In this document: positions 35,361 through 50,700 of the stretch, piece by piece | Numbering within the stretch: position 1 is the first letter of the stretch | How the letters are laid out: each line of letters starts with the position of its first letter | DNA from: Catajapyx aquilonaris | Taxonomy: Eukaryota | NCBI GenBank assembly: GCA_000934665.2 | Contig: KZ538772.1 | Location: forward strand, 1-59,768 | DNA length: 59,768 nucleotides | Reading direction: 5' to 3' | Position numbers and translations under genes: made by a program | Notes under the pieces: model-generated | Database searches by the model: none | What the model saw: only the letters and a program-made list of their open reading frames with translations | Told to the model about the DNA's origin: nothing

Positions 35361-38300
35361 NGGGGGGGGGGGGGGGGGGAGGTAATCGGTCGTTGGCCGC
35401 AGCAAATCCTGCGGCCGGCCAATCGCAAGTTGCTCGACACATAACGACAGGAATGTGCAATGCGCGAAAAAAACAATGATGTCCAACAAACCAAATGAGG
35501 CGGATCGGCCTGTGAATGCCCATTGTCGGGGATTGGTCAATCGATCGATAATCCGGGGCATTAACGCGGCGACTTATTCCCTCCAGTAAAAATTGGATTC
35601 CGAAAATTGGGGTCGTGACGTTTACATTTTTTTACTATTTTGGTCGACGTTGATTATGTACCGGTGCCGATCAACTGGAGCAGGGTGGTGTTCGTTAAAT
35701 CTGATTGTGAACATAAACTTGTGCGGGGGAAAAAAATTGAACATTTGAATCCCCCCCTGTACTCCCACCCACCGTCGGGTAGGGGTGGGTGGGGTAAGAT
35801 GGGTGAACGTCGACCCTATAAGTTTCCCATATAGTCGCCCACGCTTCCGGTTCCACGAATCTCATCCCCCGGATATTGAGAGCATCCCGTAACTACTGGG
35901 TGGCCCATAACCCTGTCTCCGATAGCCATCTTATGTCAAGTGGTTCCGCCGAGTGAAATACAATATGGCACCAACCTGAAGGCATCATCACTCAATGCTT
36001 GTAAATGTCACTTAGCTAACACTTAACGTGTGAGGATGACGGGGGCGGGGGGGGGGGGGGANNNNNNNNNNGGGGGGGGATCAATACCAAAAATGGGGTT
36101 ATGGACCACCCCGTAAATCCAATACTCGCACCGAAAATATCCATTTATAAAATAACATGGGGTAGGCTACTGCGGGTATTTTCAGTGCTCCTGACCTTTC
36201 GAGGTCACGGGATCAATGTAAGACGCAATTGTGAAATTTTTAGATAGTAGTATATCACCACGTCAAACGTAGAATGAAAATGACGGCGAGCAAATACCCT
36301 GACAGTGGTGTTATCTACCATCATTACTAGACAGATACACGTCTAAGAAACCAGATATCCAAGTATATGAAGCACTTGATAGAAATGCAACCCTGCAGTA
36401 GAAAAAAAAAAGTATGCTGGTGTCATTATTACAGACTGTTTATCCCAAAGTGGCACCAGCAGCGCAAAAAAAAAAAAAATTAGAGAACCAATCAAAAAAT
36501 TATACATGGCAACACAACTCGTTACCTCTGCTTTGACTCGATTATTGTAATTTATTGATTATGCAAATTCGTAACAACGTTGTGACAAGTACAGGTTCCA
36601 CGCGTCATTTAAAATACTTATTGGTTAATAGGCTCACTTAAAAACGGGCTCAGTCTGACCTCACAATTTTTGACTTATTTCAAATTAATGAAACGTTCAT
36701 CGCCGCTTGGATCAACAAATTGGAATGCATCAGACCCTTGTATTGCTGCGGGGGGAGGGATTTCGAATGATCTGAAAGAATTAATTCGCATTCATTGGGG
36801 GGGGGATATGCAAATCCCGTGAGAAGTCTTCACCTAAAAATAAGTAGACATAAGGAAATTCTTAAATGCGCAAAATGCCGGAAAATTAACTTGACTAGTT
36901 GTCAAGCTGGCTACAACGCCATCTTCTCTGACAATATTTCTCGCTGCCATCTCTGCAAGACGCAGCAGCTGTTGATCTTCTCACTGGGGCTAAACAAGGT
37001 TTTAGTCACCACGTCAGACAAAACTTGTTTTTGAAAAGGGCCAGACTTTCGCAACACAAGTTTTCGCGAAAGGTAAATTTTCCTCTCCCTCGGTTCAGGT
37101 TACCTAAAAACAGACAGATTGGCGTCCTCGAGTCGACGACCTGACTCTTCCGTTACAATCACAATAGGGACATTCACATGGCGCAGTGAACAGATCTTCG
37201 TTGTTATTAAAGGAAGGGGTGGACCCTATCAACATTTTCTTCGAACAAAGCATCTGTATACTATACGTGTTGCCAGAAAATAGAAAAATAAATAAATACA
37301 GATTTGATGCAAACTTATTTTTTCGGGGGGGGGGGGGGANCAGTCAACCCATCCAATTGTTGAGTCAACAATAGCGCAAATGTACTAGTGAACAGCCCTA
37401 ATACCGCCGTTGTAGTGAATATTTCACGCATCCATTTACCTTCTCATCTAATTTTTAATCAAAGATGCACGAGCTCATTGCTGCGTAATGTAAGCGTAAT
37501 TATCGGCCCAGACGTGACATTTACTCCCAGTATTAACCACCTAACCAGGGGTGTATTGAACATATTCCGGGCTGTAAATTCAATGATGCGTTCTGGCTAC
37601 ATGAATAAGTTTGCCGCAAACTTTTATATTGGGCCATTCGCATCGCTGCAGTTTGCAAGTTTTAATTACAGGCTCGACAGCTGCGGAGATTTCATTCGAC
37701 CCCTTTCAAGGACCAATCCCTTTTCCCACAGCTTTCAAATAGACTGCTGGAATCATTACATGTCTCCCACAGCGGGCTCCAACCCAAAGAGACGAGTACA
37801 CCAAAAATCAGATTAGTGCTGAATTTTACTCATATTCATTCATAACTTCGATTCAATAAGTACTGCATCGCTCAAAAAGATGGATACGATTTTGAAGTTC
37901 ACGTCAATGCAAAATCGTCTACATCTTTTTGAGCATATAACAGTACTTATGAGTAGCGGAATGCCGCAATGCGATTTAATAAATACTAAAATAAATAATG
38001 CTCTGGCATCACAGCCGCAGATTCCAAATCAATCCCACGTGTGGCAAGAGGCTGCCGATATCTCGCGAAAAGTGTCCTTCGGCCAATGCCACTATGTAAC
38101 CACGCAGTTTTGGGCGCATCTATCGCACTATCAACCTGTAACACGAGGACGGAGGTAATTTGCAGGCGAAACCGAGAGGGCTAGCTTTGTGACACAATTC
38201 TGGTGTGCCTGGTGTCAAAACTGAAAGATAACTATTGGTATGGCGACATCGGTGCTGATGTAATATGCAGCACCATCAACGGTACCTTATAGCCTACTTG

Positions 38301-39673
38301 TACTGGGGTAGTGTAAAACAAGTGATGGGTCTACAGGCGAATTGCAGCATCATCACACATTAAGGGGAAATCTCTTGATTAAATTATCAATAGTCACAAT
38401 ACCTATCAGAGATTTTCTCTGACTACATAAAACCGGCCCTTACTGCTATATTAACTTTTGGCTTGCATGATCTGGCACCCGTTTTCTTAGCAGTGCGTAC
38501 AGTGTTGGGCATAAATCGAGGCATATTGCTAGCGATATTTTCCGAAGCGGCAGAAGAAGGAATCGAAGATAAGCATATACTCCAAGCCGGGCGAGCAAGA
38601 TTCTTTTTTCTGCCGCTTCGGAAAATGTCGCTGGCAGTATGCCTCGATTTATGACCAACACTGTACTGCCAGTTGACTATACCGTATCTACTGTAGGGAT
38701 GGCAAGTCGCTAAATGTTAACCGACGACTAACGAGGATCGCACATGTCCCTCTATTAACATTTGCCGACATTTGCGATTATAGTCTCGTGAATAAATAAA
38801 ATAATCTAAACTGCACTTGCTACCATGCAATATGCAAAGTACTCTTGCTTTCGTAGTTTTGGGGTTATTCAGAAACTCACGTCAGCCAGAAGATCGCACA
38901 GTACTGTATTGTACGTGGGGGGTCCAGATTATACGGGTGAATCCTGACACTTCAGGTGTAGAGAACGCCGTTCCGAGTCGAAAAGTCACCTGGCATTTTA
39001 CGACCGACCCGCTACGGCCCTCCAAAATTTCCACACAAAAAAGGCAGAAATAGCGGCTCTGGTAAGCATCGTGTTTGTCCAAATTCTATGTCAAGTACAG
39101 ATCGATAATATCCTCACTCGGCACTCATAATGGAGTCATTGCGTATCAATCTTTACGCGGACACCAGTATGAGAAACAGAAACAGCCCACTTCTACATCT
39201 GACTATACGTTCAGTACTACATATAGTCTCCTACAATAATAAAACAGGAGGTCACAAAATTTGTGCAATTCTCGCAGTTCAAAATTAGTATTTACACAAT
39301 TTCGAGGTGATTTTTCACTACCCGAAAGAGTTCAAATCAGCCGTATTGTGGTTAACCTATTTCCCCTCCAATTAACGAAGAGATTAATCAGGCATTTTAT
39401 AAAACAATGCAACAAGCTATCCCTTCATAAGAGGTACTTGAACTCGGCAGCTGTGGCGAACGACAAAAATGCAGCAAGAGAGAGGCAGGGCATAGACAAT
39501 ACTGGTATTGTCTGTGAGGCAGTGCATCCACCTCGATTGAGACTACAAAATCCAAATCCAAGGCTGAAACATCTTGCAATATACGATAACTACTATTATT
39601 TTTGTCAACCCGTGTACTCCCAAACCACGTAATGATGTGTACTCCTGATTATCCGTGCATTGCAAAATAGTAA

Positions 39674-39732
<59 letters not shown>

Positions 39733-42700
39733 ATAATAATAATGTCCGGAAAAAATGTCCATGTCTCACAAACGAAGACTTTTCTAGATGACAAACTAAA
39801 AATCCATGATAAGTTTTATTAACTTGATTAAACCTTAGTTAAATCAGCTTACGCTATGTACAGTAGTACATTAAAACTTGTAAATAGCTCATTTTTTACA
39901 GCATCTAAGACCATTTTTGGATTATCCGTGTTTTTCGATTATCTGGCGTCACCTGTACATTCATGTATAATCGGGAGTACAGTGTGTATTCCCAATATGC
40001 GGTATCAAGGCGGGCAAATGCGCGTGTTCGAATTTGGTTGGTTTGAAATCAATTACGTCACCAAGCTGTAAATTAACGCCTCATAATCACATGTTTCAGG
40101 TCGATTTGATATTTGGCTACCATATATTTAAATGACTACTGCCCCCCCCCCCCCCAAGAAAAATGCCCCAATTTCCAGTCTTCATTTCTGATTTAGGCCT
40201 ACACTTCCCATGCTACGCCAGCTTCCCAGATTGTGGGTACGAAAATAATATTTGGGGTCGCGAGGGAGGGTAAAAAAATAATATTCACAAAATGATGCTA
40301 TCTTTTTGAAAATCATGACCATACGGTGAGGTAATTTCACTGTTTACCTGTCTTTTCATGTTGGCAGATCGAAATGTGCACATATAGGGGGTCGCAAATT
40401 TTACAAGACGATTTTGTGGGGTCACCAACGAAAGAAATTGGGAAGCACTGTACTACGCTGTAGAGAGCTTCAATATGCAACCCACGTGACCCCAGTACGC
40501 CACCTACACCAACCGGTATGTTGTTCCACATGATTTTTTAAATATATAAGGCAAATAACAATAGGATACTGCAAAACAGGCCTGTGCTATGCTGGTCCGG
40601 TTTGATTTATCACATGATTTATGGGCCCAGGTTTGGAGGGAAAAAAAACGGAATAATATAATGAAACCTGACGCACAAACTGCAGCACATCGCCCACCCA
40701 GCTGGGGACCGAACTCAGGACCTCCGAGGTGAAAAGCCTCAGTCTCAACCCCACTATAGATAGTATAGAAGTTTCTCGAACAAAGTTTTCCTCCCAGTAA
40801 TGCAGTAAAAATCCTAACCAAGCACTTTCGGAATTCCCACAAACGAAAATGACATCCCCGACAGCCGTCTCCGGAATCCTAACTTAACCACTTCGCCACT
40901 TCTATCTGCATGCCCGTCCCAAATGAAAACCAAACCCCCGTCCTAACTCGCCTGCCACCGGTCTAACACCTGTCTCAAAGGCACTACCCGCACTCCCGTC
41001 AACGTCAACCCCCCGACGAAACATGTCCCCAACTCACTTCCCAGTCACCGGGCCCTTCTTCTTCCTCTTCTGCGACCCCAACTTGTACAAGATTGCCCTA
41101 AACCCAGCATCCTTCCGGCGAGGTTGCGGGGACTCGATGCACTTGGACAAAAACACAGGCATGGGTGCCTAACACTTCTGTACCATACCGAAGAAGAACA
41201 GCTACTGGAGAAGAGTTGTCCAACTTGACCCTTCCCTTGGACTGACCCCCCTCCCGACCGCCTTCCCCCACAGGAAACTGCTCATAATAAACACGACAGT
41301 CGTACCTTGTCGCATGGAAGGAAGTGCACATGTGGAATTTGAACCCCAGTGTCATACGAAGCCTCGAATGGCATTAAATAATGCGATAGGAAGAGAGGGG
41401 GGGGGGGCGGAGAGAGAATTACCAGGAGTATTCCAGACAAGTGTTGTTTGACTCATGTTAGCGATAAACTTTGGTCCAGGACAAGCTGCATTGTCTGAGG
41501 AGGGAGGGGAGGGAGGGGAGGGGGGGAAGTTGCAGACCACAGCCAAAGTATTTGTTAAGCACATTTTCGAACAAGTTCATTAAATAATTTTTAAATTCTA
41601 CATTGTAAATTAATTCAAATTTTTAAATTATAACCTTTTATTTATATACGCAACTACACTGTACGTGGAGATTGGTGGAAGTGGTGACGATACCAGATAC
41701 CAACGGAGCAAAAGTGATGGTATGAAGAGACACTTTTAGCGTCACAACACCCAATTAAAAATCTCCTCCAGAATCAAAACAATGATGAGTAGGCGTGTAA
41801 TGGGTGTAAATAAACGATGTCCTTCAGATGTATAGCTGCACCACGCTGGACAGGACAGGAGCGTTATCGGATCCCATAAGCGACTCGATCTTTACAGCTA
41901 GAGCAGAATAGGTTGTCCTCGCACGAAAACCACAACAACAATGACTCACACCACAACAATGACTCACACCACAGACCACGTGTCAAGAGTTCAAAACCGA
42001 ATCTATATAGGCGTAATTTTATGTCCCAAATGATACTATTTTTTAACGGACATCGCATCATCGTTGTTTCCATGCAAATTCAATTTTTCCGCAGCGCAGA
42101 TGAATCTTCGACACCTGACTCATCGCACGGCGGCTACATGGTGGTGCATTGTCCAAGTCCCAAATTCAATAGATAGGGACTATTTTATACTCCAGAAACC
42201 GATTTATACAAGGTGTTCCGTAATAATACCAACAGCGTTCTAGAGTAAACTCCTAAGCACTTACGTAGAGGTGTCATCAGGTCTTCTCAGCCACGTTGTA
42301 GAGATAATTGGTGTTAATTTAAAAATAAAGGGATTTTACAATCTCCTACGTCGTGGATACCACATACGACACTTCACCAATGCTACATAATGAGATCGTA
42401 GTTTAAATTAAAACTGCATAATAACACAAACCTCTAAATGACCTCAGTAACACATGAATGGTCAGTGTCCAGTGAACCTTCATAATTTCTCATTTGACAT
42501 TCAACAACTTGATTGTTAAATTTCATGCAGTATATCAATAGGCCTATAATTATAATTGGTTACATAATGTCATGAGTCCGTTGTGACACATTGACACCCA
42601 AAGAACACTGATTAGTGGACAAAAATCCAAGTGCTAAACCTAATTTTATATACAATGAACATAATACTGAGCATTGCACATTCCTGAGCTCAACACTAAC

Positions 42701-44704
42701 TATAGTTATTCGTAAAGTTCATCCTAGAACATTGTGCATATTATTCTGTACACCCTGTAGAAAAAGAACCCCTTGGAAGCCTCAGCCGTGTGATCTCTAC
42801 TTCTCTGGCTGCCGGTGTCAAATATCCGTAACTCGAACTGAAAACCTGGGTAGTGCACCACCCTGCTGCACTAATTGCGTGTCCATTTCTGCAGCGTAGT
42901 ATTAGCAACAGATGATGACAAAAAAGGCGGACTTGGCACCCTCCTGCTCTTCAATTATTGACACGATTCGGCTTCGGTGTTTGCGATACCGGAGGTCAAA
43001 ATTGTAAAGCGGTTGAACATTAAGTGTCGCAAAACTCTGACGGTCACGACAATTGGCAAACAAACGAGGATGGGAGGGCTTCCAAGAAAAGTAAATGCAC
43101 CGGCATGATTGCCTCCATGATGAAATTGATGTTTGTTTTTTAGAACCCCGGGAGGAATACAAATGCGGAGTTTCTTAACCTTGCTAGCTAGCTTTTGACC
43201 TTTTTGCGGATTAAGACCCAGATCACACGGATAGCCATTCATTGCATTGAAAACTGGATCTTCCCCCGCTTTCCTCCTCCAAGAAATTGCCGCCAAAAAA
43301 AAAAAAAAAAACTTCCATCTGTGGCATAGCCTGAAGCGTGTTTGATCGAGGACGTGCTTCAATTGGCTTACTGGAGCTCAATAACAAAGGAAAAGAGACG
43401 CAGTATACTGACCAGCTCGAGAAGGTCGTGGTATACGATGACGACTATATGAAGACGCTCTTCATTCACATCCGTGCATTTTCGAGCACTAAGGCTGCCG
43501 GTTATGAACGCAAATTAAGAAGTACGTCTCACATTATGTCTCGTCATATGCTATCAATACCCAACGTACGAGCCATACGCCCTAACTCGTGCCTAACTCA
43601 AAATATTAGCTTCCATTTTTGTGCGAAACAATAGGATGGTTGGCGTTCCTAGAGCTTATAGCACGTAAAGATATCCAAAGATTATGAAGAATATGCCCTT
43701 GAGCAGTACATCAGCATTCCCTACTACTATACGATAATATCATTAATTCATTATCCTCGAGTTTTCCAGCACCACATCGGGTGTTTATATGGTTAAATAT
43801 AACTATATGGGGAAATAAAATACATCGTCGATTCAGTATCGAACACTGCACATATAATCGAGAAGATGATTTTGGCATTTAAAAAAAACTACATTACACC
43901 ACTCAATTTAATTAAAAATACAGGCGCAGCGGCATTAGTGTTCATAAAGTCACACTGGCGGTACAACCTTTGGCACCGAAAAAGCATACATTCAGTCCAT
44001 CTGTTTAAATTGCCGTTGACAGTTTTGCCGAAATCCATTTCCAGTGCGTATGATTTTCCGGGGGGGGGGGGGGGGGGGGGGGATTTCTCAGCANCCGAAA
44101 GGGCCAGAATTAATATTTGATCTGCTGGAGTTCATCAAACTAATCTGTTTCCCCCAACCCCCTCCCCAAACAAAATATAAAAAAAACTCACTCCCTCTCA
44201 AAATCTAGTTGCGCCCAGTTACCAACCTTCTCCCGGACATGAAAAATATAACCACGGCCTTGTAACATAACAAACACTTTCGTCTATACGGCAGAATGTG
44301 GAAATATAGGAGTCCGAAGTGTCTTCATTGTCACTTACCGTCACTGACACCTCAATGGACAATAATTAATTACCCATTGGGAGACGGAGTGGCGCCGCGG
44401 TAACGCGCGCGCCCACGGAAGTTAAGGTCCCGGGTTCAATCCCCACCCGGGGTTCCCACCTTCTTTCGTGCAGAGTTGGGCCATCTCTGACTTCGTTTCG
44501 GGTGGAAATTTCCGATAGACTAAGCCACCCGGGGGAGTTCACAAAATGACCAATTAACGACAGCGCACATGCACTTTGCACATCCCCTCCTACAAACCCT
44601 GGAGTACACTAATAAGATTTCATCTTAACACGCTCCAAAAAATACAAATGGTGGTAATCCACCACCCCCTAAAGACCTAACAGGTCATTCACGGGGAAAA
44701 TTAA

Positions 44705-44743
<39 letters not shown>

Positions 44744-44748
44744 TAATA

Positions 44749-44791
<43 letters not shown>

Positions 44792-47700
44792 TACCCGAAC
44801 TTGAAGCCAAAGGCCACAGCACAAAACACAGTAAATACCGTATTACGTACAATTCTTGAATATCCAGACCTGAACATATGACTTCCACCTGTGACACTGC
44901 ATATCAACTCTTCTCGCCTAACCGAACTCGAAACGCCATTCACTGAATGAGTTCAATGGACTATCATCATCCAACTGAATGTATTCACCCTGGCCGAGAG
45001 GACAATAAATCCATCAGCCAGACTGCATTTTGTGCGTGAAACAGTAATCCTGCCTTCATCCTGACATTCGAGGGCCACACGCAAGTCACTATTGTGCACA
45101 TGGCAGTCTATCTGGCAGGATAAAAATCGTGGCTAATTCATTTTGAGCGGTGGGTCGGGGTCCAGGGCTCAACAACTTCATGGAAACGCGCCTATCGCAC
45201 GCTGCACGCCACCAGATAGAACTTATCGTCCGAAACGGCTATTACGCTACGGCAGGACAGCTATTTGATATTAAAATACGCCTACAAAATGCATCTAGTA
45301 GACAGCACTCGGTGTTCCTAGGATTTGGAGCAGTGTTATGGCTATACCCGAGACATACTGCTACACATGTGTTTCGCCCGTAAGTGCCAGGCAGAGCATT
45401 TCTATTCATGAGCTCCTTGCAAGAGGAAGATGTGAATTCAAAAGGGGACCAACTGTAATATTTACTCTCCCGACAAAAAATAAAAAATAAAACGACAGGA
45501 CATTTTAAGCGATATGGTGAAACCTATCGTAACTATTACCGACAGTTTGCATATGTCAGTTGCCACATTAGAGGCACGATTTAACGATTTTGCCAATATG
45601 TAACAGGTAGTGCGGTATAATTGCAAATATCACAGATCCGCTTTTTGAATATAATAATAGGCTTGGGAGAGCAGCATTGAACTGTTACAATTGTGACACC
45701 CAATATTACAGTGATCCAGCATAATGCATATGTACTTTTAGAAATAGTTTAACTTCAGCATATGCCAATTGATGTGTATAATAGCTATTGGTGCACATGC
45801 CACACAATCCGGTTTCACGAACTCAGTTGGGAGGGCCCTTTGGAATTCACATCCGTAATAACGCCCCTTTTATAATTCCAGTTCTCTGAATTACATTCCG
45901 CTAGAGTTCCCTCAACTTCGTGACACGCAATTTGAACGGAGTGAGTACCGGTACTGAATAATATGTGCATATACATGTGCAAGAAATCCTAATCATTGCA
46001 CTACTGCCAAGCGCCGAGGTTAACCCGGAGCTCTAATTCAGCGCAATTTCCATAACTCGAGCCACGAAAGGAACATCAAAAGTTCCAAGTTATATGGAGA
46101 ATTCAAATCGCGGAAGTTCAATTTACATTATTGAGAATCCAAGCCCATATTTTCTTTCGACTTCAAAACGGGCTCCTGACTTCTGGCTGTTCAAGTAACA
46201 ACAATAAAAAATCGATCGCATTTCAGTTGTTATTTTAAAACGAGCGATTTTCGAGTTTATCCCGTAAAACCTCAATTATACCCCATGGAAATCTCCGGAT
46301 TTACCCAAACAACAGGATGTAATAACCGCATCAGTCCCGTCGTGCAAAGCGAAAACACGTTCGCGGGATAAAAGGCGCATATTTGCGGAAAAAAATACAT
46401 TCAATCCTATGCATCGGCCGCAATTACTACGTGTGTATTTCAGCCACTATAATGAATCCATAATAATGAGCTACCGAGCTGCACACACACAAAAAAAAAA
46501 ACCCTCGCACAAACACAAAGTGCACCTATACACACTGGAGCACACGTTGCCCGTGCATAACTCGTTTTAGAGGCAGGGAATTTACTTACCGTGTTTTCGC
46601 TTTACATGGGGCGGTTCAAAATTTCACCAATAACCTTCGCAAAAAAACAACAAAAAAAACAAGCCATGTTACATAAAAATTCGCTACTTACTTTGTTTTG
46701 GACAAGTTTGGATCGCTGGTTTTCCTCCGCTCTCGGGTCTGCCGCTGAAAATATATAAAAAAACACCACAAAATTAATATAACCTTTCACTCTCATGCGA
46801 CAATCAAGCCCCTTCCTACACTCCCCCCCTATATTTACACCCTCCGCCTTTTATTACAGGGTGCAGGTCTTTTGAGCAAGTCCTGCTATTTCCAGAGACG
46901 CCTCGAATTCGCGATGTTTTCGCGGTTTGCAAGCTTCCTGATTTCCTCTTCTAGGCACGTAGGCAGAATCAATCACCTCAATCAGAGCTCCCCGGATCGA
47001 TCAAGATTTCCTCTCGCCCCTTCTTCATCCCCCCCCCCCCCCCCCCNTTCCTTCTTTATTCTCGTCTCTCCAAGAGTTTCCAAACTACACATTTCATCGG
47101 AGGGCCCTTGAGGTCAAAGAGGTACTAACTTCAATTTGTCAATTTCTACTAGCCGTGTCGCAGCAGTACTTGATGAAACACTAAAGGGGCTTCGGAGCGC
47201 GAGGCGACTCATAATTGCTGCCTAGAAACTTATACCCATTTTCGGGTACTTTTAGTGCCTGTTAGAAACTTTTGGCAAATATGGCTTCAGCGACGAATGA
47301 GCTACTTCGTCCCTTACAGAGATCCTTGAAATATCTGGGAGAAAATAGAAAAGAAAAAAAAAAATCCGGCGGCCCACGGAGGGGGAGAAAAAAAATCATT
47401 TGGGGGGCTAATTATCGAAATGCGCAGCTCAGAACCATATATGGTATTACTTACAAACTTTCATTTATTACTTTGGCGACATGGTCACCTAAAAATATTT
47501 TTGGTAGCTGCTCGAAGCTCCTAATAGGGTTTCAGGGTTGCGCAAGATTGACGGTCACAGAACAAAAGTCTCCACACGGTCAAGGGTACCTAAAAATAAC
47601 AACTTTCAAGATTATACGCAGTATACTGATCAATCATCTAACGGCACACTTAAAAATATTGCTTATAACTGTTAATCGTTCTATATAATTCAAACAATTT

Positions 47701-50700
47701 ACACGATGGTCACACAGTATTTCCCTGCTTTCATAATGAGTTACAATAATCAGAATCGCCAATTTCCCAATCCAAAATGGACTGCATAATTCATTGCAAC
47801 TTAGGTACGAAATTTGTGATGCTATAGACAACATTACGTTTATTCCGCACTGATAAAAACATACCGGCGATTCTCAATTTATAAGAAGTGAATGTCACAA
47901 ATGTGGGCGTTTTATAACTCATGTTAATGACCTACACTTCCACCCTAACAGTCCGTTTTCAGAAGTCAAGCTATCAGCAAAATTCGCCTAATTACACCAC
48001 TTCCGCCCCAGAATTCTTATCGGCCTGCTGCATGAGACGCCTCTATGGTTTATGAAAACCCACGATATGACCCATACCTCAAAACTGACACCCTTTCCTC
48101 CTCCTGGGACATGCCATGTACCCCACGAAAGATCAATTTCCACAACCGAACACCCCTTTTCCCACAAGACGATCGCACGCAGCAATTTCGCACATTTTTT
48201 TTGTCACCCAGCACAAGTTATCGCCACCTATTCAATTCCACCCCCTCAAAAAAGGTCCACCTCTCCATCGCAAAAATCACATCAAAATGCCAAACCGTCC
48301 GCAGTATATTTCCCCTGACGTCACCCAACCTGTGACGACCATCAGCAACAATAGAACCGGAATTGGGATGGCCCAAAAAAAGAGGTGTGTGAAGTGTGGT
48401 GGACAGAACTATTTTTTTTTCGTCACATATATATTTTTTTTCGGGTTGTTTGCCCCCCCCCCCCCCCCCANCCCCCCCCCCCCCCCCTCAAGTAGATCGA
48501 TGTAGCTGAGCAAGCAAGGGAGCCATTTCCCTTTGCAAATATCAAGCTGTTGGGAGGTTGGGATGGGGAGGTGAGAGTGGGGATGGCGGGGCAGGCCTTT
48601 CCTCGCGCCATTCAACATGCAGCCAGGAAATAATTAGGGAAATGCCATCGGAACCGTCTATAGATGGCAGTACCCCCCCCTTCCCTTTCCCCGCACCCAC
48701 ACCACCCTTCTCAGCCATCCCCCATGTATCGAGCCAGCTTTCCCCCCCGCCTTGCTTACTCTCCACTTATAGACTCGCCCATGTTGTCCCAGCTTTTCAA
48801 TAGCCTCTCATTATAAACGTCATCAAGCGCGACCTCTTCTATAAAAACCTATTCTAAATGGACCTTACCCACGTCATACTACTTCAAAGAGTTGTTTCTT
48901 CGCAGTTAAGGTGGCAGGAAATGGGGGGAAAAGGGGAGTGATGAAATGGCTCGGAATAAGCTAATGCGACAGGTCATAGTTTTTAAAATGCCAAAGTCGA
49001 CTTGGATGTAACAGGACATAAAATTATCCCAGTTATTTACTGGTCGAATGTACTTTTTATGCGGGCTAGTAGTGGGAACGCTGGCAACTGTTATTGTCGC
49101 AAGTTAACATTATTATGTAACGCTACATCTCTTCCCTCCAAAAGGAGCGAATAATTATCAGGCGCCACATCATTGAATTATGGTTAACCAAAAAAATAGG
49201 GTCCCTTTGAGACTGCATTATCCTCCCATATAGATCCGAGCCCTGGCAGCAGGATTTAATCAGACTACTTACTCAACTGGAAATGATACGGAACAAAACC
49301 GATAACACATCTCATACGAATATTTACACACTGCGCCGGAAGGGACTGCTAATGAATCCCATTTCAAAGAGATCCCAAATTGATAGCACGAGCGGCCAAC
49401 CAGACAGTCCCTGTGCCAGCACAACTTGAAAATGCAGATATGCGAAATGACGAGGCATCTTCTGGGAAAGACGTAGGCCGCAGATAGCATCACGTCCGCG
49501 AACATGCGTCAGTGGCATGTCAGGTGTGTCGGCAGCGGCCTTACCGACGCAGGTACAGGAGCACAAAACGCGAATGATATTCCGCAGAAAGATACGTTAC
49601 TGTCCTGGCAACTATACACTACAGTACTATACCACAGAGTAATTTTGAACAATACTGACCATATACCCTAAATTCGTACTATAGCCTAAATTCGTACTAT
49701 AGGTTAATGTCATAAATAAAATAAATATAGCCTAACGACCTTTTTCTGGCCGGCATATGATTAGCAGCCTGTCACGCCTGATCACTTCATTTACTTTGGA
49801 GACACGGATACTTTCGTAACCATGTGTCGCGCCCCCCTGACATCCCCGGCCCATAGAGACTCCCTGGGAGGCATGAAACGCCTCGTTCCAGCCCAAGTTT
49901 CCATTTGGAACGCACCTCTCTGCCATCACGTGACGGGACGCAATAACGATCTTCCGGGTGCATTTTCATCCGGCATTAAGATGAAGCCTCGATGGGCGTT
50001 AAATGATCCAAATTGGCACGCCAAAAACTTCTCCACCTCGTAACATCAAGCCATAAACTGTCCGGATTAGCCACGTAATTTGAACCAACAGAAATTTTTA
50101 TTCTTCCCCCCCCTCCCCCCCCCCCGACACTAGCCCTTGGTCCACCCCAAACTTTTACTGCAAATACGGCTACTACCAACCCCAAGCTGTTATTTGACAG
50201 GAACTAGACGCTTTCCACGCCACACGCGCTATTTTCGGATGCGAAATTTACCGAAACCACAGGAGAGGAAGCCAGCCTTATCACTGAATACGAGGAAAAT
50301 GTTTTCTATACGTGACGCACCGGACAAACCGATGTACCCTCGGGTCCAACATAATCGGACCTTTTTCTTTTAATCTGTATTATTTTTCGAGCCGCCATCA
50401 GTGACAAGATGCAGATAACGTGACAAGACGCGCGCGGTTCCTCCGCAGTCCCGTCATCAAGTGCAGGTGCAGGCCCCGCCCAGATTAGTTAAAGAGGCGA
50501 CACACGTGGCGCCGCCCTTGTTTCGAACCCAGCACTTTTTGTAACCCGGTCCAGCACCCAGTCGACCCCACAACCTTGACCGCCCTTATTTTGGACGGAA
50601 AATCGACGCGCCCTCCCCAATGCTCCAGTGTTAAACTGGTTAATGGCCAGTTGTATATCAACACAAATTAAGAAAATATCAGATTATGCATGAGGTCCCT

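Noticed and set aside
45150..45700. Decayed hAT/Charlie transposase (LEARFNDF)
   Set aside because: Short scattered motif similarities only, which cannot be supported without a search.
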